Assembly (NCBI GenBank): GCA_934256595.1
Contig: CAKQOW010000004.1
Location: 988 to 64,987 of the forward strand
DNA: 64,000 nt
Source: an uncultured Clostridia bacterium
GTDB lineage: Bacteria; Bacillota; Clostridia; Peptostreptococcales; Anaerovoracaceae
Reading direction: 5' to 3'
Shown in pieces: positions 9,293 through 18,267 of this stretch (within the stretch, counting starts at the first letter, position 1; each line of letters starts with the position of its first letter). The notes below the pieces were generated by a model. It saw nothing but the letters and a program-made list of their open reading frames with translations. It was not told the origin of the DNA and did no database searches. The translations under genes were made by a program, and so were the position numbers.

Positions 9293-10830
9293 CACGCCGT
9301 AAGCAAGAAATCCCCCTCCTCTACAGGTGGCGGGATGAATTGCGATAAACACGGCGCTTCTTGACCTTTGTATTGCATCGTAATATAATGATAGCAGGCT
9401 CAAAAGAAATATCGCAAGTCATATCGCAACGATATATAGTATAATATCAGTCTGATATTCGCTGGATATTGTATGTAGGGATTATGTAAAACACCTTTTG
9501 ATCCCAACTCCATATAATCTGATTATAAAGGCGGGCAAGATGGCAAACAAAGCAATTAAGTACAGACTGTATCCGACAACTGAACAGAAAACCATGTTTG
9601 CAAAGACTTTCGGATGCTGCCGCAAGGTCTATAATCTTATGCTTAATGACAAGGTTGAAAGCTACAAAAAAACCGGCAGATTTGCAGCTGTGACACCTGC
9701 CATGTATAAAAAGGATTATCCATTCCTGAAAGAAGTAGACAGTCTTGCCCTTGCCAATGTGCAGTTAAATCTGCAGAGCGCTTTCAGAAGCTGTTTCGAC
9801 AAATCCCGTAAAAGGCAGAATGGATTTCCTAAATTCAAGTCAGCCAAACACAGCAGAAAAGCCTATACCACCAATAATCAGAAGGGCACTGTTGCTATTA
9901 TTGATAATGCTGTAAAACTGCCTAAAATCGGTAAGGTTAAAGCTGTAATTCACCGCAAGCCTGATGCTGGATGGATTATTAAGTCTGCAACTGTATCTCA
10001 GGACAGCGATGGCAGATATTACGTATCTGTGCTTTTTGAATTTGCAAGTAATATTACGCCTGTTCCGATATCTGATAATGCTGTTGGTCTTGACTATGCC
10101 TCTGATGGTCTTTATGTTGATGATAAAGGTAATACAGGTACCAACCATAAATATTATCGTGAAAGCCATAAAAAACTTGCAAAGGAGCAGCGCAGGCTTT
10201 CCCGTATGAAAGGCTCTAAAAAAGGTGAGACTAAATCCAATAACTATATTAAGCAGCTCTGCAAAGTAAACAAAATCCATAGGCATATATCAAATCAGAG
10301 GCTGGATAATCTGCATAAAATATCTGCTGAGATAGCCAATCAGTATGATGTTGTATGTGTTGAAAGTCTGGATATGAAAGCTATGTCCAATAAGGGCTTT
10401 GGTAACGGTAAAGCTACTATGGATAACGGATATGGATTATTTCTGAATATGCTGGAGTACAAACTTTCTGACAGAGGTAAATATCTTGTTAAAGTAGATA
10501 AATGGTTTCCGTCAAGTCAGATATGTCATTCCTGCGGGGCGCTTCACCCTGAAATGAAAAACCTCGCAAACCGTACAATGGTATGTGACTGCGGTCTGAC
10601 AATCAGCCGCGACCAAAACGTTGCCATAAATATAAGGCGTGAAGGCTTGAGGATACTAAAATCAGAGTCTTCTATAGCGTAAATAATATATGGTAGGCCA
10701 GGAACTGGCCGAACCAAACGCCTGTGGACACTGCATCAGACCTGGCGATACCGTAAGGTATCAGCCGGGCAGTAGTGGCTGAAGCAGGAAGCCCCGACTT
10801 CTAAGCGAAGCTAAAGTCGGGGTAGTTCAC
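9293..10830 (+). mobile_element. TnpB-only IS200/IS605-family (IS1341-like) element; no tnpA
   Basis: The boundaries are inferred because joining 9292 to 10831 restores an in-frame NADAR ORF. The left end has an imperfect hairpin (9310-9336) and an internal promoter: TTGACC (9361-9366), 17 nt, TATAAT (9384-9389). The right end has a hairpin CCCCGACTT...AAGTCGGGG 8 nt from the end, which reads ...TAGTTCAC. The boundary is ambiguous by 3 nt because CAC occurs at both junctions. Confidence 0.7.
9540..10682 (+). CDS. tnpB: RNA-guided endonuclease TnpB (OrfB, RuvC-like plus zinc ribbon)
   Basis: N-terminus MANKAIKYRLYPT..Q. Candidate RuvC residues are in VGLDYASDG, VVCVESLD and SRDQNVAINI. The zinc ribbon is CHSCG...CDCG. 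The ATG at 9540 is preferred over the TTG at 9498. Confidence 0.88.
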   Translation: MANKAIKYRLYPTTEQKTMFAKTFGCCRKVYNLMLNDKVESYKKTGRFAAVTPAMYKKDYPFLKEVDSLALANVQLNLQSAFRSCFDKSRKRQNGFPKFKSAKHSRKAYTTNNQKGTVAIIDNAVKLPKIGKVKAVIHRKPDAGWIIKSATVSQDSDGRYYVSVLFEFASNITPVPISDNAVGLDYASDGLYVDDKGNTGTNHKYYRESHKKLAKEQRRLSRMKGSKKGETKSNNYIKQLCKVNKIHRHISNQRLDNLHKISAEIANQYDVVCVESLDMKAMSNKGFGNGKATMDNGYGLFLNMLEYKLSDRGKYLVKVDKWFPSSQICHSCGALHPEMKNLANRTMVCDCGLTISRDQNVAINIRREGLRILKSESSIA

Positions 10831-10846
10831 GCAACTGGTACAAGTC
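10600..10846 (+). ncRNA. Candidate omega (re)RNA of TnpB: scaffold overlapping the tnpB 3' end and right end, plus about 16-nt flank-derived guide (5' boundary uncertain)
   Basis: The 148-nt non-coding tail after the tnpB stop is highly structured: GGCCAG-gaa-CTGGCC, GATACC-gtaa-GGTATC, and CCCCGACTT...AAGTCGGGG. The position matches known TnpB omega-RNA architecture. The guide would be GCAACTGGTACAAGTC (10831-10846). Confidence 0.5.
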
Positions 10847-11258
10847 GGACTTTGTGGTGGAGAAAATTAAATTTTCATCGATGGAGCAGTTTATGATGTA
10901 TCAGAAAGCTGTGCATTTCAATGACCTTGCATCTGCTGAGCAGATACTTGAAACTGATGATGTTGCAGAGATAAAAGCACTTGGCAGAGGTGTAACAGGA
11001 TATGAAGAAAGCTGCTGGAACGGAATAAGGCAGATTATTGTCTATGAGGGGCTTATTGCAAAGTTCTCACAGAATGAAGAATTGAAAAAACTGCTTGTCG
11101 GAACCGGAAACGATATTCTGGCTGAGTGTGCGGTGAAAGACAGAATATGGGGAATAGGTATATCGATGAAAGACTCGGATAGATTTGATAAAACCAAGTG
11201 GAAAGGACAGAACCTGCTGGGATATGCTATTATGATGGTAAGGAGCAGATTAAGATGA
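10831..11258 (+). pseudogene. NADAR (YbiA/DUF1768) family gene interrupted by the TnpB element; the 5' piece is at 9277..9292
   Basis: The downstream part carries NADAR motifs (..SNWYKSDF.., SSMEQFMMYQKA, DRIWGIG, GQNLLGYAIM). The start fragment ATG AAA AGA GGT TTA A (9277-9292) has an AAGGAGG SD. The restored N-terminus reads MKRGLSNWYKSDFVVEK.... The ORF track starts at GTG 10854. Confidence 0.65.
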
Positions 11259-11335
11259 GCTTAAAGCTCTGAAAGTAAATTTGCGAGGCAGATAAACATA
11301 AAAGAGATAAAAAATACTTTTTTGAAAGGGAAACT

Positions 11336-12478
11336 ATGAAATCAGTAAAATATTTAAGAGCGCCCGTTATTGCTTTAATAATCATCTCCCTTATATTAGG
11401 GACAACTTCATTTGCGGCTGCTGCGGCCAAACCGAAACTGTCAGCGCAGAAGCTGAGTATTAGAGCAGGCAGTACAAGTGAGCTTAGAGTAAAAAATGCA
11501 GATAAAAAAATCATATGGTCAACATCTGACAAAAAAATTGCGACTGTGAAGTCTGCAGGTAAGACTAAGGCGAAGATAAGCGCCAAAAAGACCGGAAGCT
11601 GCGTTATTACGGCAAAGGTTTCAAAGAAATACACATTAAAATGCAGGGTCAAGGTTCTGGCAAAGAAGCAGAGTAATTCACAGCTTGCGCTTAAGACCAT
11701 AGAATACTCCAATCTGACAGATGAGTATTCACGCGGCATTTTGTCAGATTTGCTTGCTCAAAATGATATTGAAGCATCGCGCATTGATGCTTTAATGACC
11801 CGTATTGATCAGTTTAACGGCAGCGTCAGGAAAGAGTGGCTGACCGACGGATTTGAAATTATATCACCCACAAAAACAAAGTATGATGTTTACGATATGC
11901 AGGACGAATATACGGCAAAAAACGGCACTTTTCCGGGGTATAACTGTCGTATCACTGCCTTTGGTCTGATGAGCCCGAATATTGAAACTGTCAAAGAACT
12001 TCCTGAAAAACAGGGGGAAGATTTTCTATTTATGGATTTAGAGACAATTGCTTCTGATACAAAAGCCCTTTGCGGAGACAGCACTGACAGGTTTTGCGCC
12101 CTGTTTGCGCCTGTAGCCGCAGCACAAAGCACGAAAGTTGAGACACAGGTCAAGGCGCTGCAGAGAGAGTGGGCAGCACGCGGAATTACTTTTTCAGACA
12201 GCAAGGCGCGTTTGATTTCCGTAATTTTTCATGATAAATTTTCAGATGATGAGAATACGCTTTCTGTAGGTCATGCCGGGGTGCTGCTGACTTCTGACGA
12301 CGGCAAACTGTATTTTATTGAAAAGGTTGCTTTTCAGGAGCCTTACCGCCTTATTAAATTCAGCAGCAGAACAGAATTAAGCGGTTATCTGATGAAAAAA
12401 TATGATACATCGTGGGGGCAGGGTACTACACGTCCGTTTATTATGGAGAATGATGCCTTAATGAAAGGCTACAGATAA
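11336..12478 (+). CDS. Secreted protein: signal peptide, Big_2-like Ig domain, then uncharacterised about 270-aa domain (possibly DUF4300-like)
   Basis: An N-terminal hydrophobic signal ends in AAAAA. A Big_2-like segment follows (LSIRAGSTSELRV...ATVKSAGKT...ITAKV). The C-terminal domain was not recognised with certainty. Confidence 0.6.
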   Translation: MKSVKYLRAPVIALIIISLILGTTSFAAAAAKPKLSAQKLSIRAGSTSELRVKNADKKIIWSTSDKKIATVKSAGKTKAKISAKKTGSCVITAKVSKKYTLKCRVKVLAKKQSNSQLALKTIEYSNLTDEYSRGILSDLLAQNDIEASRIDALMTRIDQFNGSVRKEWLTDGFEIISPTKTKYDVYDMQDEYTAKNGTFPGYNCRITAFGLMSPNIETVKELPEKQGEDFLFMDLETIASDTKALCGDSTDRFCALFAPVAAAQSTKVETQVKALQREWAARGITFSDSKARLISVIFHDKFSDDENTLSVGHAGVLLTSDDGKLYFIEKVAFQEPYRLIKFSSRTELSGYLMKKYDTSWGQGTTRPFIMENDALMKGYR

Positions 12479-12584
12479 TAAAGGCTGGTTTTTTAAAATT
12501 TCCACAGTTTTAGGAGAGTCGGAGCAATTCGGCTCTTTTTGATTGCAGAATTTAAATTATAACAAAAATAAAGCAAACGGCATA

Positions 12585-12634
12585 TTGAAATTATGTTTAA
12601 CAGTAGTATAATAGTGTTGTGAATGATTGTTCAC
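12585..12634 (+). promoter_or_regulatory. Promoter plus inverted-repeat operator candidate upstream of the TetR gene
   Basis: TTGAAA (12585-12590), 16 nt, TATAAT (12607-12612). The inverted repeat GTGAA-N6-TTCAC lies at 12619-12634, between the -10 and the SD. Confidence 0.45.
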
Positions 12635-12645
12635 GAGAGGGAATT

Positions 12646-13263
12646 ATGTACAAGAAATTAGATGATGAAATTTTAAATAATATACTTGAGTCCGGCATTG
12701 ATGAATTTGTTGACAGAGGTATTAACGGCGCAAATATGAGAAGCATTGCGCAGCGGGCGGGCGTCAGTGTCGGAGTCATATACAAATACTACAGCGACAA
12801 GGACAGCTTTTTCAGAGCCTGCCTTGCCCACAGCCTGCAGCTTTTAGACAGCGTACTTGCGGAGGCTGTAAATGAAGAGGACGATTTTGACTCCTGCATC
12901 AGAAACGTAGTATATGCGCTAGTAAGACATTCTGAGCAGCATTCAAACTACAATGCCATGTATAACGAGATAACGGCAGGCGGTTGCAGAGCTTATGCCG
13001 CAGAGCTTGCAAGAGAAATAGAAACAAGGTCGGCGCAGGTATACCGCCGCATCATAGCTAAGGCGCAGGAACAGGGGAGAATTTCAAAAGACGCAGACAG
13101 CAAAGCTCTGGCATTTTTCTTTGATAACCTGCTGATGATGCTGCAGTTTTCGTTCAGCTGTGAATATTACAAAGAGCGAATGAAAATATTCTGTGGCGAC
13201 AGCGCAGACAAAAATGATATTGCCGAATATATGATTTCATTTATAGAAAAAGCACTTGCTTAG
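12646..13263 (+). CDS. TetR/AcrR family transcriptional regulator
   Basis: N-terminal HTH (MRSIAQRAGVSVGVIYKYYSDKDSFF). The ATG at 12646 follows GAGAGGG. The GTG at 12619 of the track lies inside the operator. Confidence 0.85.
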   Translation: MYKKLDDEILNNILESGIDEFVDRGINGANMRSIAQRAGVSVGVIYKYYSDKDSFFRACLAHSLQLLDSVLAEAVNEEDDFDSCIRNVVYALVRHSEQHSNYNAMYNEITAGGCRAYAAELAREIETRSAQVYRRIIAKAQEQGRISKDADSKALAFFFDNLLMMLQFSFSCEYYKERMKIFCGDSADKNDIAEYMISFIEKALA

Positions 13264-13273
13264 GAGGCGTAAT

Positions 13274-14866
13274 ATGTATGTAATAGCTTATGACATAGGT
13301 ACGACAGGACTCAAAACCTGCCTGTATTCCATAGAGGACAGAGTAAGTCTTGTGGCAGGTACATATCAGGGGTATGACCTGTATATCCTTGAGGGAGGCG
13401 GTGCAGAGCAGGACGCGGAGCAGTGGTGGGAGGCTATGTGCAGCACCACAAGGAAGCTGATTGAGCAGACGAAAATTGACCCGGCTGGGATAAAGGGGCT
13501 GTCTTTCTGCTCGCAGATGCAGGGACTTGTACTTGTAGACGATAAGGGAAACGCTCTGAGGCGGCCTATGAGCTATATGGATCAGAGAGCCTCAAAGATT
13601 ATGAAAGACGTTCAGGGGAGAGGTATTACAGTTTCAGGTGTAAACATTGTCAAGCTGATTAAATCCCTTGCGGCAACCCATGCGGCATCTACAAGCGTCA
13701 AGGATCCGCTGTGGAAATACAAATGGGTTGAGGCAAACGAGCCGGACATATTTAATAGAGTACATAAATGGCTTGATGTCAAGGAATACCTTATAGCAAG
13801 ATGTACCGGAAACTTTGTAATGACAAAAGACTCTGCATATTCGACTTTTCTCTATGATACGAGGAAAGGCAAAGAGGGCTGGAGCAGGTCGCTTTGCAAA
13901 GCCTACGGCGTTGATATGAAGCATCTCCCAAAGGTTATAACTTCAACAGATGTTGCAGGGACTCTGACGGAAAAGGCTGCGCAGCAGCTTGGACTTGCGG
14001 CAGGCACCGATGTATACGGCGGAGGCGGAGATGCCACTCTGATAGGACTTGGAGCAGGCTGCACGCAGACCGGGCAGACCCATATATACTGGGGCACGTC
14101 GGGCTGGGTGGAAACTGTGACGGACCGGCAGTATGTCGATATAGTTTCAATGATAGCAGCCATTATGAATGCCGAGGACGGCAAGTTCAGCTACTTTGCC
14201 GAAATGGAAACGGCGGGCAAATGCTTTGAGTGGGTCAAAAACCATCTGGCTCTTGACGAGATAGGAATATATTTAAGCAAAACAGATGTTGCAGATAACA
14301 TAGAGGGGATATATGAAAGTCTCTATGATTATCTGTCCGAGGTTATAGCAGAGGTTCCCGCAGGCGCGGGAGGCGTGATATTCACCCCTTGGCTTCACGG
14401 CAACAGATGTCCTTTCGAGGACCCGTCGGCGGCGGGTATGTTCTTTAACATAGGAATTGAAACAGGCAAAAGACAGATGATAAGAGCAGTCGTTGAGGGT
14501 GTGTGTTATCATCTCAGATGGATGCTGGAGTGTCAGGAAAAAAAGATAAAGACATCACAGACTATCAGATTTGCAGGCGGCGGCGCGCTGTCTGATGTCA
14601 CCTGTCAGATACTTGCCGATATTACAGGCAGGAAAATACAGACCGTAGCCGATTCCAAAGACGTAGGCTCTGCGGGAGCTGCAATACTTGCAGGAGTAGG
14701 CGCAGGGGCAATATCCGGATTTGACAAGGTGGCTGGCTACATACCGGCAGACAAAACCTTTGAGCCTGATGAAAGCAGCAGGGCTGTCTACGAAAGAAAT
14801 TATCAGGTGTTCAGGCAGCTTTACAGAGACAATAAAAAGAGTTTCAGTATTTTAAACAGGGAGTAG
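13274..14866 (+). CDS. FGGY-family carbohydrate kinase (xylulokinase-like)
   Basis: N-terminus YVIAYDIGTTGLK, a C-terminal FGGY_C region (IRFAGGGA), 530 aa. AGGAGG SD at 13263-13268. Confidence 0.85.
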   Translation: MYVIAYDIGTTGLKTCLYSIEDRVSLVAGTYQGYDLYILEGGGAEQDAEQWWEAMCSTTRKLIEQTKIDPAGIKGLSFCSQMQGLVLVDDKGNALRRPMSYMDQRASKIMKDVQGRGITVSGVNIVKLIKSLAATHAASTSVKDPLWKYKWVEANEPDIFNRVHKWLDVKEYLIARCTGNFVMTKDSAYSTFLYDTRKGKEGWSRSLCKAYGVDMKHLPKVITSTDVAGTLTEKAAQQLGLAAGTDVYGGGGDATLIGLGAGCTQTGQTHIYWGTSGWVETVTDRQYVDIVSMIAAIMNAEDGKFSYFAEMETAGKCFEWVKNHLALDEIGIYLSKTDVADNIEGIYESLYDYLSEVIAEVPAGAGGVIFTPWLHGNRCPFEDPSAAGMFFNIGIETGKRQMIRAVVEGVCYHLRWMLECQEKKIKTSQTIRFAGGGALSDVTCQILADITGRKIQTVADSKDVGSAGAAILAGVGAGAISGFDKVAGYIPADKTFEPDESSRAVYERNYQVFRQLYRDNKKSFSILNRE

Positions 14867-14869
14867 ATT

Positions 14870-15790
14870 ATGGATACAGTAAAAGCACAGGAGCTGGTTG
14901 CAGAAACCGGCAGACAGCTTCTTGATATGGGGCTTGTGGCAAGAACGTGGGGCAATATATCATGCAGAATAGATGGAACCCGCTGCGCCATAACGCCCAG
15001 CGGACTTGACTACAGACAAATGAAAGCGGAGGACATAGCTGTTCTTGATATTGAGTCGGGAAGCTGGCAGGGAACTCACAAGCCGTCAGGTGAAAAGGGC
15101 GTGCATATGGCCGCCTACAGGCAGTTTGGCGATACGGAGTTTGTAATACATACCCATCAGAATTATGCAACAGCAATAGGTATTTCAGGCTTTGACAGTC
15201 TTGATATTACAGAGGAGGAAACAAAGACTCTGGGCGGTATAGCCCTTGCAGCCTACGGACTTCCGGGAACAAAAAAACTTACAGAGGCCGTTGCAGCTAA
15301 GTTAAAAGAGGAAAACCACACGGTGCTTATGGCTCATCACGGAGCCCTTGTCTGCGGCAGGGACAGAGATGAAGCGATGAAAAGGGCGCAGCTTCTTGAA
15401 GAAATATGCAGGAGAAATATAAGGAATTTTGGCGGCGGTGACAGAGAGGCAGTATTAAAGACGGCGGAGCTTGGCGAGGCTGTATATGCGCAGGTTGATG
15501 ATATGGCGCAGATGATAGGAAGAAAAATTCCCGCAGCCAAAAGCCCGGAGGAAGCAGAAAGACTTCTGCAAAAGCATAATGCGGTGCTTGTAAAAGGAGA
15601 GGGCGTAAGAGTCAGAGCAGACAGTGAAGATGACAGAGAAGCTCTTGCCATGCTTGCCGAAAAGGCCTGCATATGTCACCTGCATACTCTGGGTGAAAGC
15701 TCACGAACAAGACTTGGCATATTTGATGTAATGCTGATGAATTATGTTTACAGGCATAAATACTCTAAACAGAAGAACGGAGATAAGTAA
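14870..15790 (+). CDS. Class II aldolase/adducin-family protein with an extra C-terminal half-domain
   Basis: Aldolase_II motifs (GNISCR, ITPSG, IHTHQ, MAHHGALVCG). Residues about 200-306 resemble a second partial aldolase_II C-terminal half. Confidence 0.8.
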   Translation: MDTVKAQELVAETGRQLLDMGLVARTWGNISCRIDGTRCAITPSGLDYRQMKAEDIAVLDIESGSWQGTHKPSGEKGVHMAAYRQFGDTEFVIHTHQNYATAIGISGFDSLDITEEETKTLGGIALAAYGLPGTKKLTEAVAAKLKEENHTVLMAHHGALVCGRDRDEAMKRAQLLEEICRRNIRNFGGGDREAVLKTAELGEAVYAQVDDMAQMIGRKIPAAKSPEEAERLLQKHNAVLVKGEGVRVRADSEDDREALAMLAEKACICHLHTLGESSRTRLGIFDVMLMNYVYRHKYSKQKNGDK

Positions 15791-15791
15791 A

Positions 15792-16250
15792 ATGGCGAGC
15801 AATAGACGAAAAGAAACTGCAAGGATAATTAAATTTGTTCTGTTTTCAGCCTCTGCGGGAATAATAGAGCTGGGCTCTTTCACTTTGTTAAACGAGCTGA
15901 CGAAATGGAGCTACTGGCCATGCTATCTGATAGCGCTGATACTGTCGGTTGTGTGGAACTTTACTCTAAACAGAAAATTCACATTCAAATCGGCAAGCAA
16001 TGTGCCGGTGGCAATGGCAAAAATATTTGCTTTTTACTGCGTATTTACTCCGGTGACAACTATACTGGGAAACTATCTGGCAGAGGAACTGCTGTGGAAT
16101 GAGTACATAGTTACAGGTATTAATATGGCTCTTAATATATCTACTGAATACCTGTATGACAGGTTTGTGGTATTCAGAAAAACTTTAGATACAAACAAGG
16201 CTGCGCTGAAACAGCAGCAGAAAGAAAACGGAGGTATTGAGAATGATTAA
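15792..16250 (+). CDS. GtrA family membrane protein
   Basis: Four predicted TM helices. GtrA-like motifs (KFVLFSASAGIIELG, NFTLNRKFTF, YDRFVVF). The ATG at 15792 comes directly after the aldolase stop. Confidence 0.8.
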   Translation: MASNRRKETARIIKFVLFSASAGIIELGSFTLLNELTKWSYWPCYLIALILSVVWNFTLNRKFTFKSASNVPVAMAKIFAFYCVFTPVTTILGNYLAEELLWNEYIVTGINMALNISTEYLYDRFVVFRKTLDTNKAALKQQQKENGGIEND

Positions 16251-17742
16251 GAACTGCGGAATTACAAGATGGGACAGTCCGGACGAGATAAACAGACAGC
16301 TAAAGAACCTGACAGATCAGGAAATCTGGGAGGTGGATGATGAATATTACAACGATGTTGTAATGAAATATTTTGATGAGAAATGCAAGGGCTCCAAGGC
16401 TATATATGAGGAGTCAAAGGAGTACATACCGGGAGGCGTGCAGCACAATCTGGCATTTAACAAGCCGTTTCCTATGTGTATGGCCAAAACAGACGGAGCA
16501 TATCTTTATGACTATGACGGCAACAGATATATAGACTTCCTGCAGGCAGGCGGCCCTACAATACTGGGCAGCAACTACCCTGAAATCAGAGAAAAGGTTA
16601 TAGAGCTGCTCAATACCTGCGGTCCTGTAACAGGACTGCTTCACGAGGCAGAGCTTCTGATTGCAAAGGAAATCAATAAGCATATGCCGAATGTAGAGAT
16701 GTTTCGTATGCTGGGCTCCGGTACGGAGTCTGTTATGGCTGCGCTTCGCATAGCGAGAATTGCAACAGGAAACAAGCGCATAATCAAAATAGGCGGAGCT
16801 TATCACGGCTGGTCGGATCAGATGGTATACGGACTCAAAATACCCGGAAGCAGAGCGCTGCTTGAGTCTCACGGCATACCAAAGGGCGCATATAAAACGA
16901 CTGATGAGGTAAGACCAAACGACCTTGATATGCTGGAAAAGATGCTGAAACGAAATAAAATGAAAGGCGGTACTGCAGCAGTTATAGTTGAGCCTGTAGG
17001 CCCTGAAAGCGGCACAAGACCTGTAGCTCGCGACTACAACAGGGGCGTAAGAGCTTTGTGTGACAAATACGGCGCGCTTATGATTTTTGACGAGGTTGTA
17101 ACAGGCTTCAGAGTGGCGCTGTCGGGAGCGCAGGGATATTTTGATGTAGTGCCTGACCTTACAATCTTCGGTAAAATCGTGGCGGGCGGCTATCCGTCGG
17201 CAGGCGGCGTAGGCGGCAAGAAAGAATATGCGCAGCTTATGGCGGCAGGACTTGCAACTGGCAAGCACAGAGCTTATGTAGGCGGAACTCTTGCGGCAAA
17301 TCCTCTTTCATGCCTTGCAGGCTATACTGCAATAAAGGAAATCGAAAGAACAAATGCCTGTGAGATAGCGGGTAAAATGGGCGACAGATTATGTGACGGT
17401 CTTAAAGAGCTTATTGACAGATACGGACTGCCTTATGTGGCATACAATCAGGGCTCTATAGTACATCTTGAATGTACGGGGGCTATGAGTTTTGATTTCT
17501 CCTCAATGTCATTTATAAAGTCGGCGCTTGGACTTCTCAAGCATAAGGATATGATGTATGTAAGAAAGGACTCAATGGAAAAAATGGGTGCAGCATATAT
17601 GGCAAACGGTATAGTTACACTGGCGGGAAGCAGACTGTATACTTCGCTGTCAGACACACCGGAAATAATAGACGAGGCGTTAAACAGGTTTGAAGAGGTA
17701 TTCAAACACGTCAAAAAGACAGACAAGGGCTTATTGAAATAG
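16243..17742 (+). CDS. Class III PLP aminotransferase, glutamate-1-semialdehyde 2,1-aminomutase-like, with about 60-aa N-terminal extension
   Basis: GSGTESVMAALRIAR, FDEVVTGFR and the lysine region IFGKIVAGG. The ATG at 16243 is preceded by ACGGAGG. Confidence 0.85.
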   Translation: MIKNCGITRWDSPDEINRQLKNLTDQEIWEVDDEYYNDVVMKYFDEKCKGSKAIYEESKEYIPGGVQHNLAFNKPFPMCMAKTDGAYLYDYDGNRYIDFLQAGGPTILGSNYPEIREKVIELLNTCGPVTGLLHEAELLIAKEINKHMPNVEMFRMLGSGTESVMAALRIARIATGNKRIIKIGGAYHGWSDQMVYGLKIPGSRALLESHGIPKGAYKTTDEVRPNDLDMLEKMLKRNKMKGGTAAVIVEPVGPESGTRPVARDYNRGVRALCDKYGALMIFDEVVTGFRVALSGAQGYFDVVPDLTIFGKIVAGGYPSAGGVGGKKEYAQLMAAGLATGKHRAYVGGTLAANPLSCLAGYTAIKEIERTNACEIAGKMGDRLCDGLKELIDRYGLPYVAYNQGSIVHLECTGAMSFDFSSMSFIKSALGLLKHKDMMYVRKDSMEKMGAAYMANGIVTLAGSRLYTSLSDTPEIIDEALNRFEEVFKHVKKTDKGLLK

Positions 17743-17810
17743 CAGCCCGAATTGATTTGATTATACGGCAGGCACCGCGAAAATACAGTTTCGAGGTGCC
17801 TGTTTGCAGG

Positions 17811-18206
17811 TTATATCTGATTTTTAATGTTGTTGCAAAGCCACAGTCCCTTTTCGTAGGAGCAGTATTTGCAGGTGTTGCAGTATGTCCGGGTACCGCA
17901 GGTTCTGCAGATCCAGGCTCCCATAGGCTTTATCTTTTCTTCACTGCCGTCATGTTTGCAGCACCAGTTGCTGCAGTCATGGGCTACTGTGACAACGGGC
18001 CGGCCGTCTTTGTAGCGGCAGGCGCCGCCTGCAACATTGTCAAGTTCCTCGTCGGCAAGTTCGCCGGTTTTACCGCCAAGTACGGCGAAGTTTGCTTCGG
18101 CTTCCTCAATAGTCATTTCAATGCCGTTTTCTTTTGCCAGTGTCAAAAGCTCCTCTGCGGACCTTGCACACTTGGCTTCTGCAAGCAGATTGTCTGTAAA
18201 TTTCAT
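17811..18206 (-). CDS. Nif11-like double-glycine leader peptide precursor (61-aa leader, 70-aa core with 10 Cys)
   Basis: AAGGAGG SD 7 nt upstream. The leader reads ...SAEELLTLAKENGIEMTIEEAE...GELADEELDNVAGG. The core reads ACRYKDGRPVVTVAHDCSNWCCKHDG...CRTCGTRTYCNTCKYC...LC.... Confidence 0.7.
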   Translation of the reverse strand: MKFTDNLLAEAKCARSAEELLTLAKENGIEMTIEEAEANFAVLGGKTGELADEELDNVAGGACRYKDGRPVVTVAHDCSNWCCKHDGSEEKIKPMGAWICRTCGTRTYCNTCKYCSYEKGLWLCNNIKNQI

Positions 18207-18267
18207 AGTTTACCTCCTTGTTTGTGTTCATTAGTCTGTCTGAAATATCAGCGCTGCTGCAGACAGT

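Noticed and set aside
9083-9403. 106-aa minus-strand ORF in the aroQ-to-TnpB interval
   Set aside because: It spans the aroQ terminator, the NADAR start and the IS left end. It has no SD, and the region is better explained by those elements.
9498-9539. TTG-initiated N-terminal extension of TnpB in the ORF track
   Set aside because: TnpB family proteins typically begin M-x-x-x-(Y/F)-K-(Y/F)-R-(I/L)-Y-P. The ATG at 9540 gives exactly MANKAIKYRLYP.
16414-17268. 284-aa minus-strand ORF inside the aminotransferase gene
   Set aside because: It is fully antisense to a gene with clear class III aminotransferase motifs. It has no SD and an Arg/Cys/Ser-rich composition with no recognisable domain.
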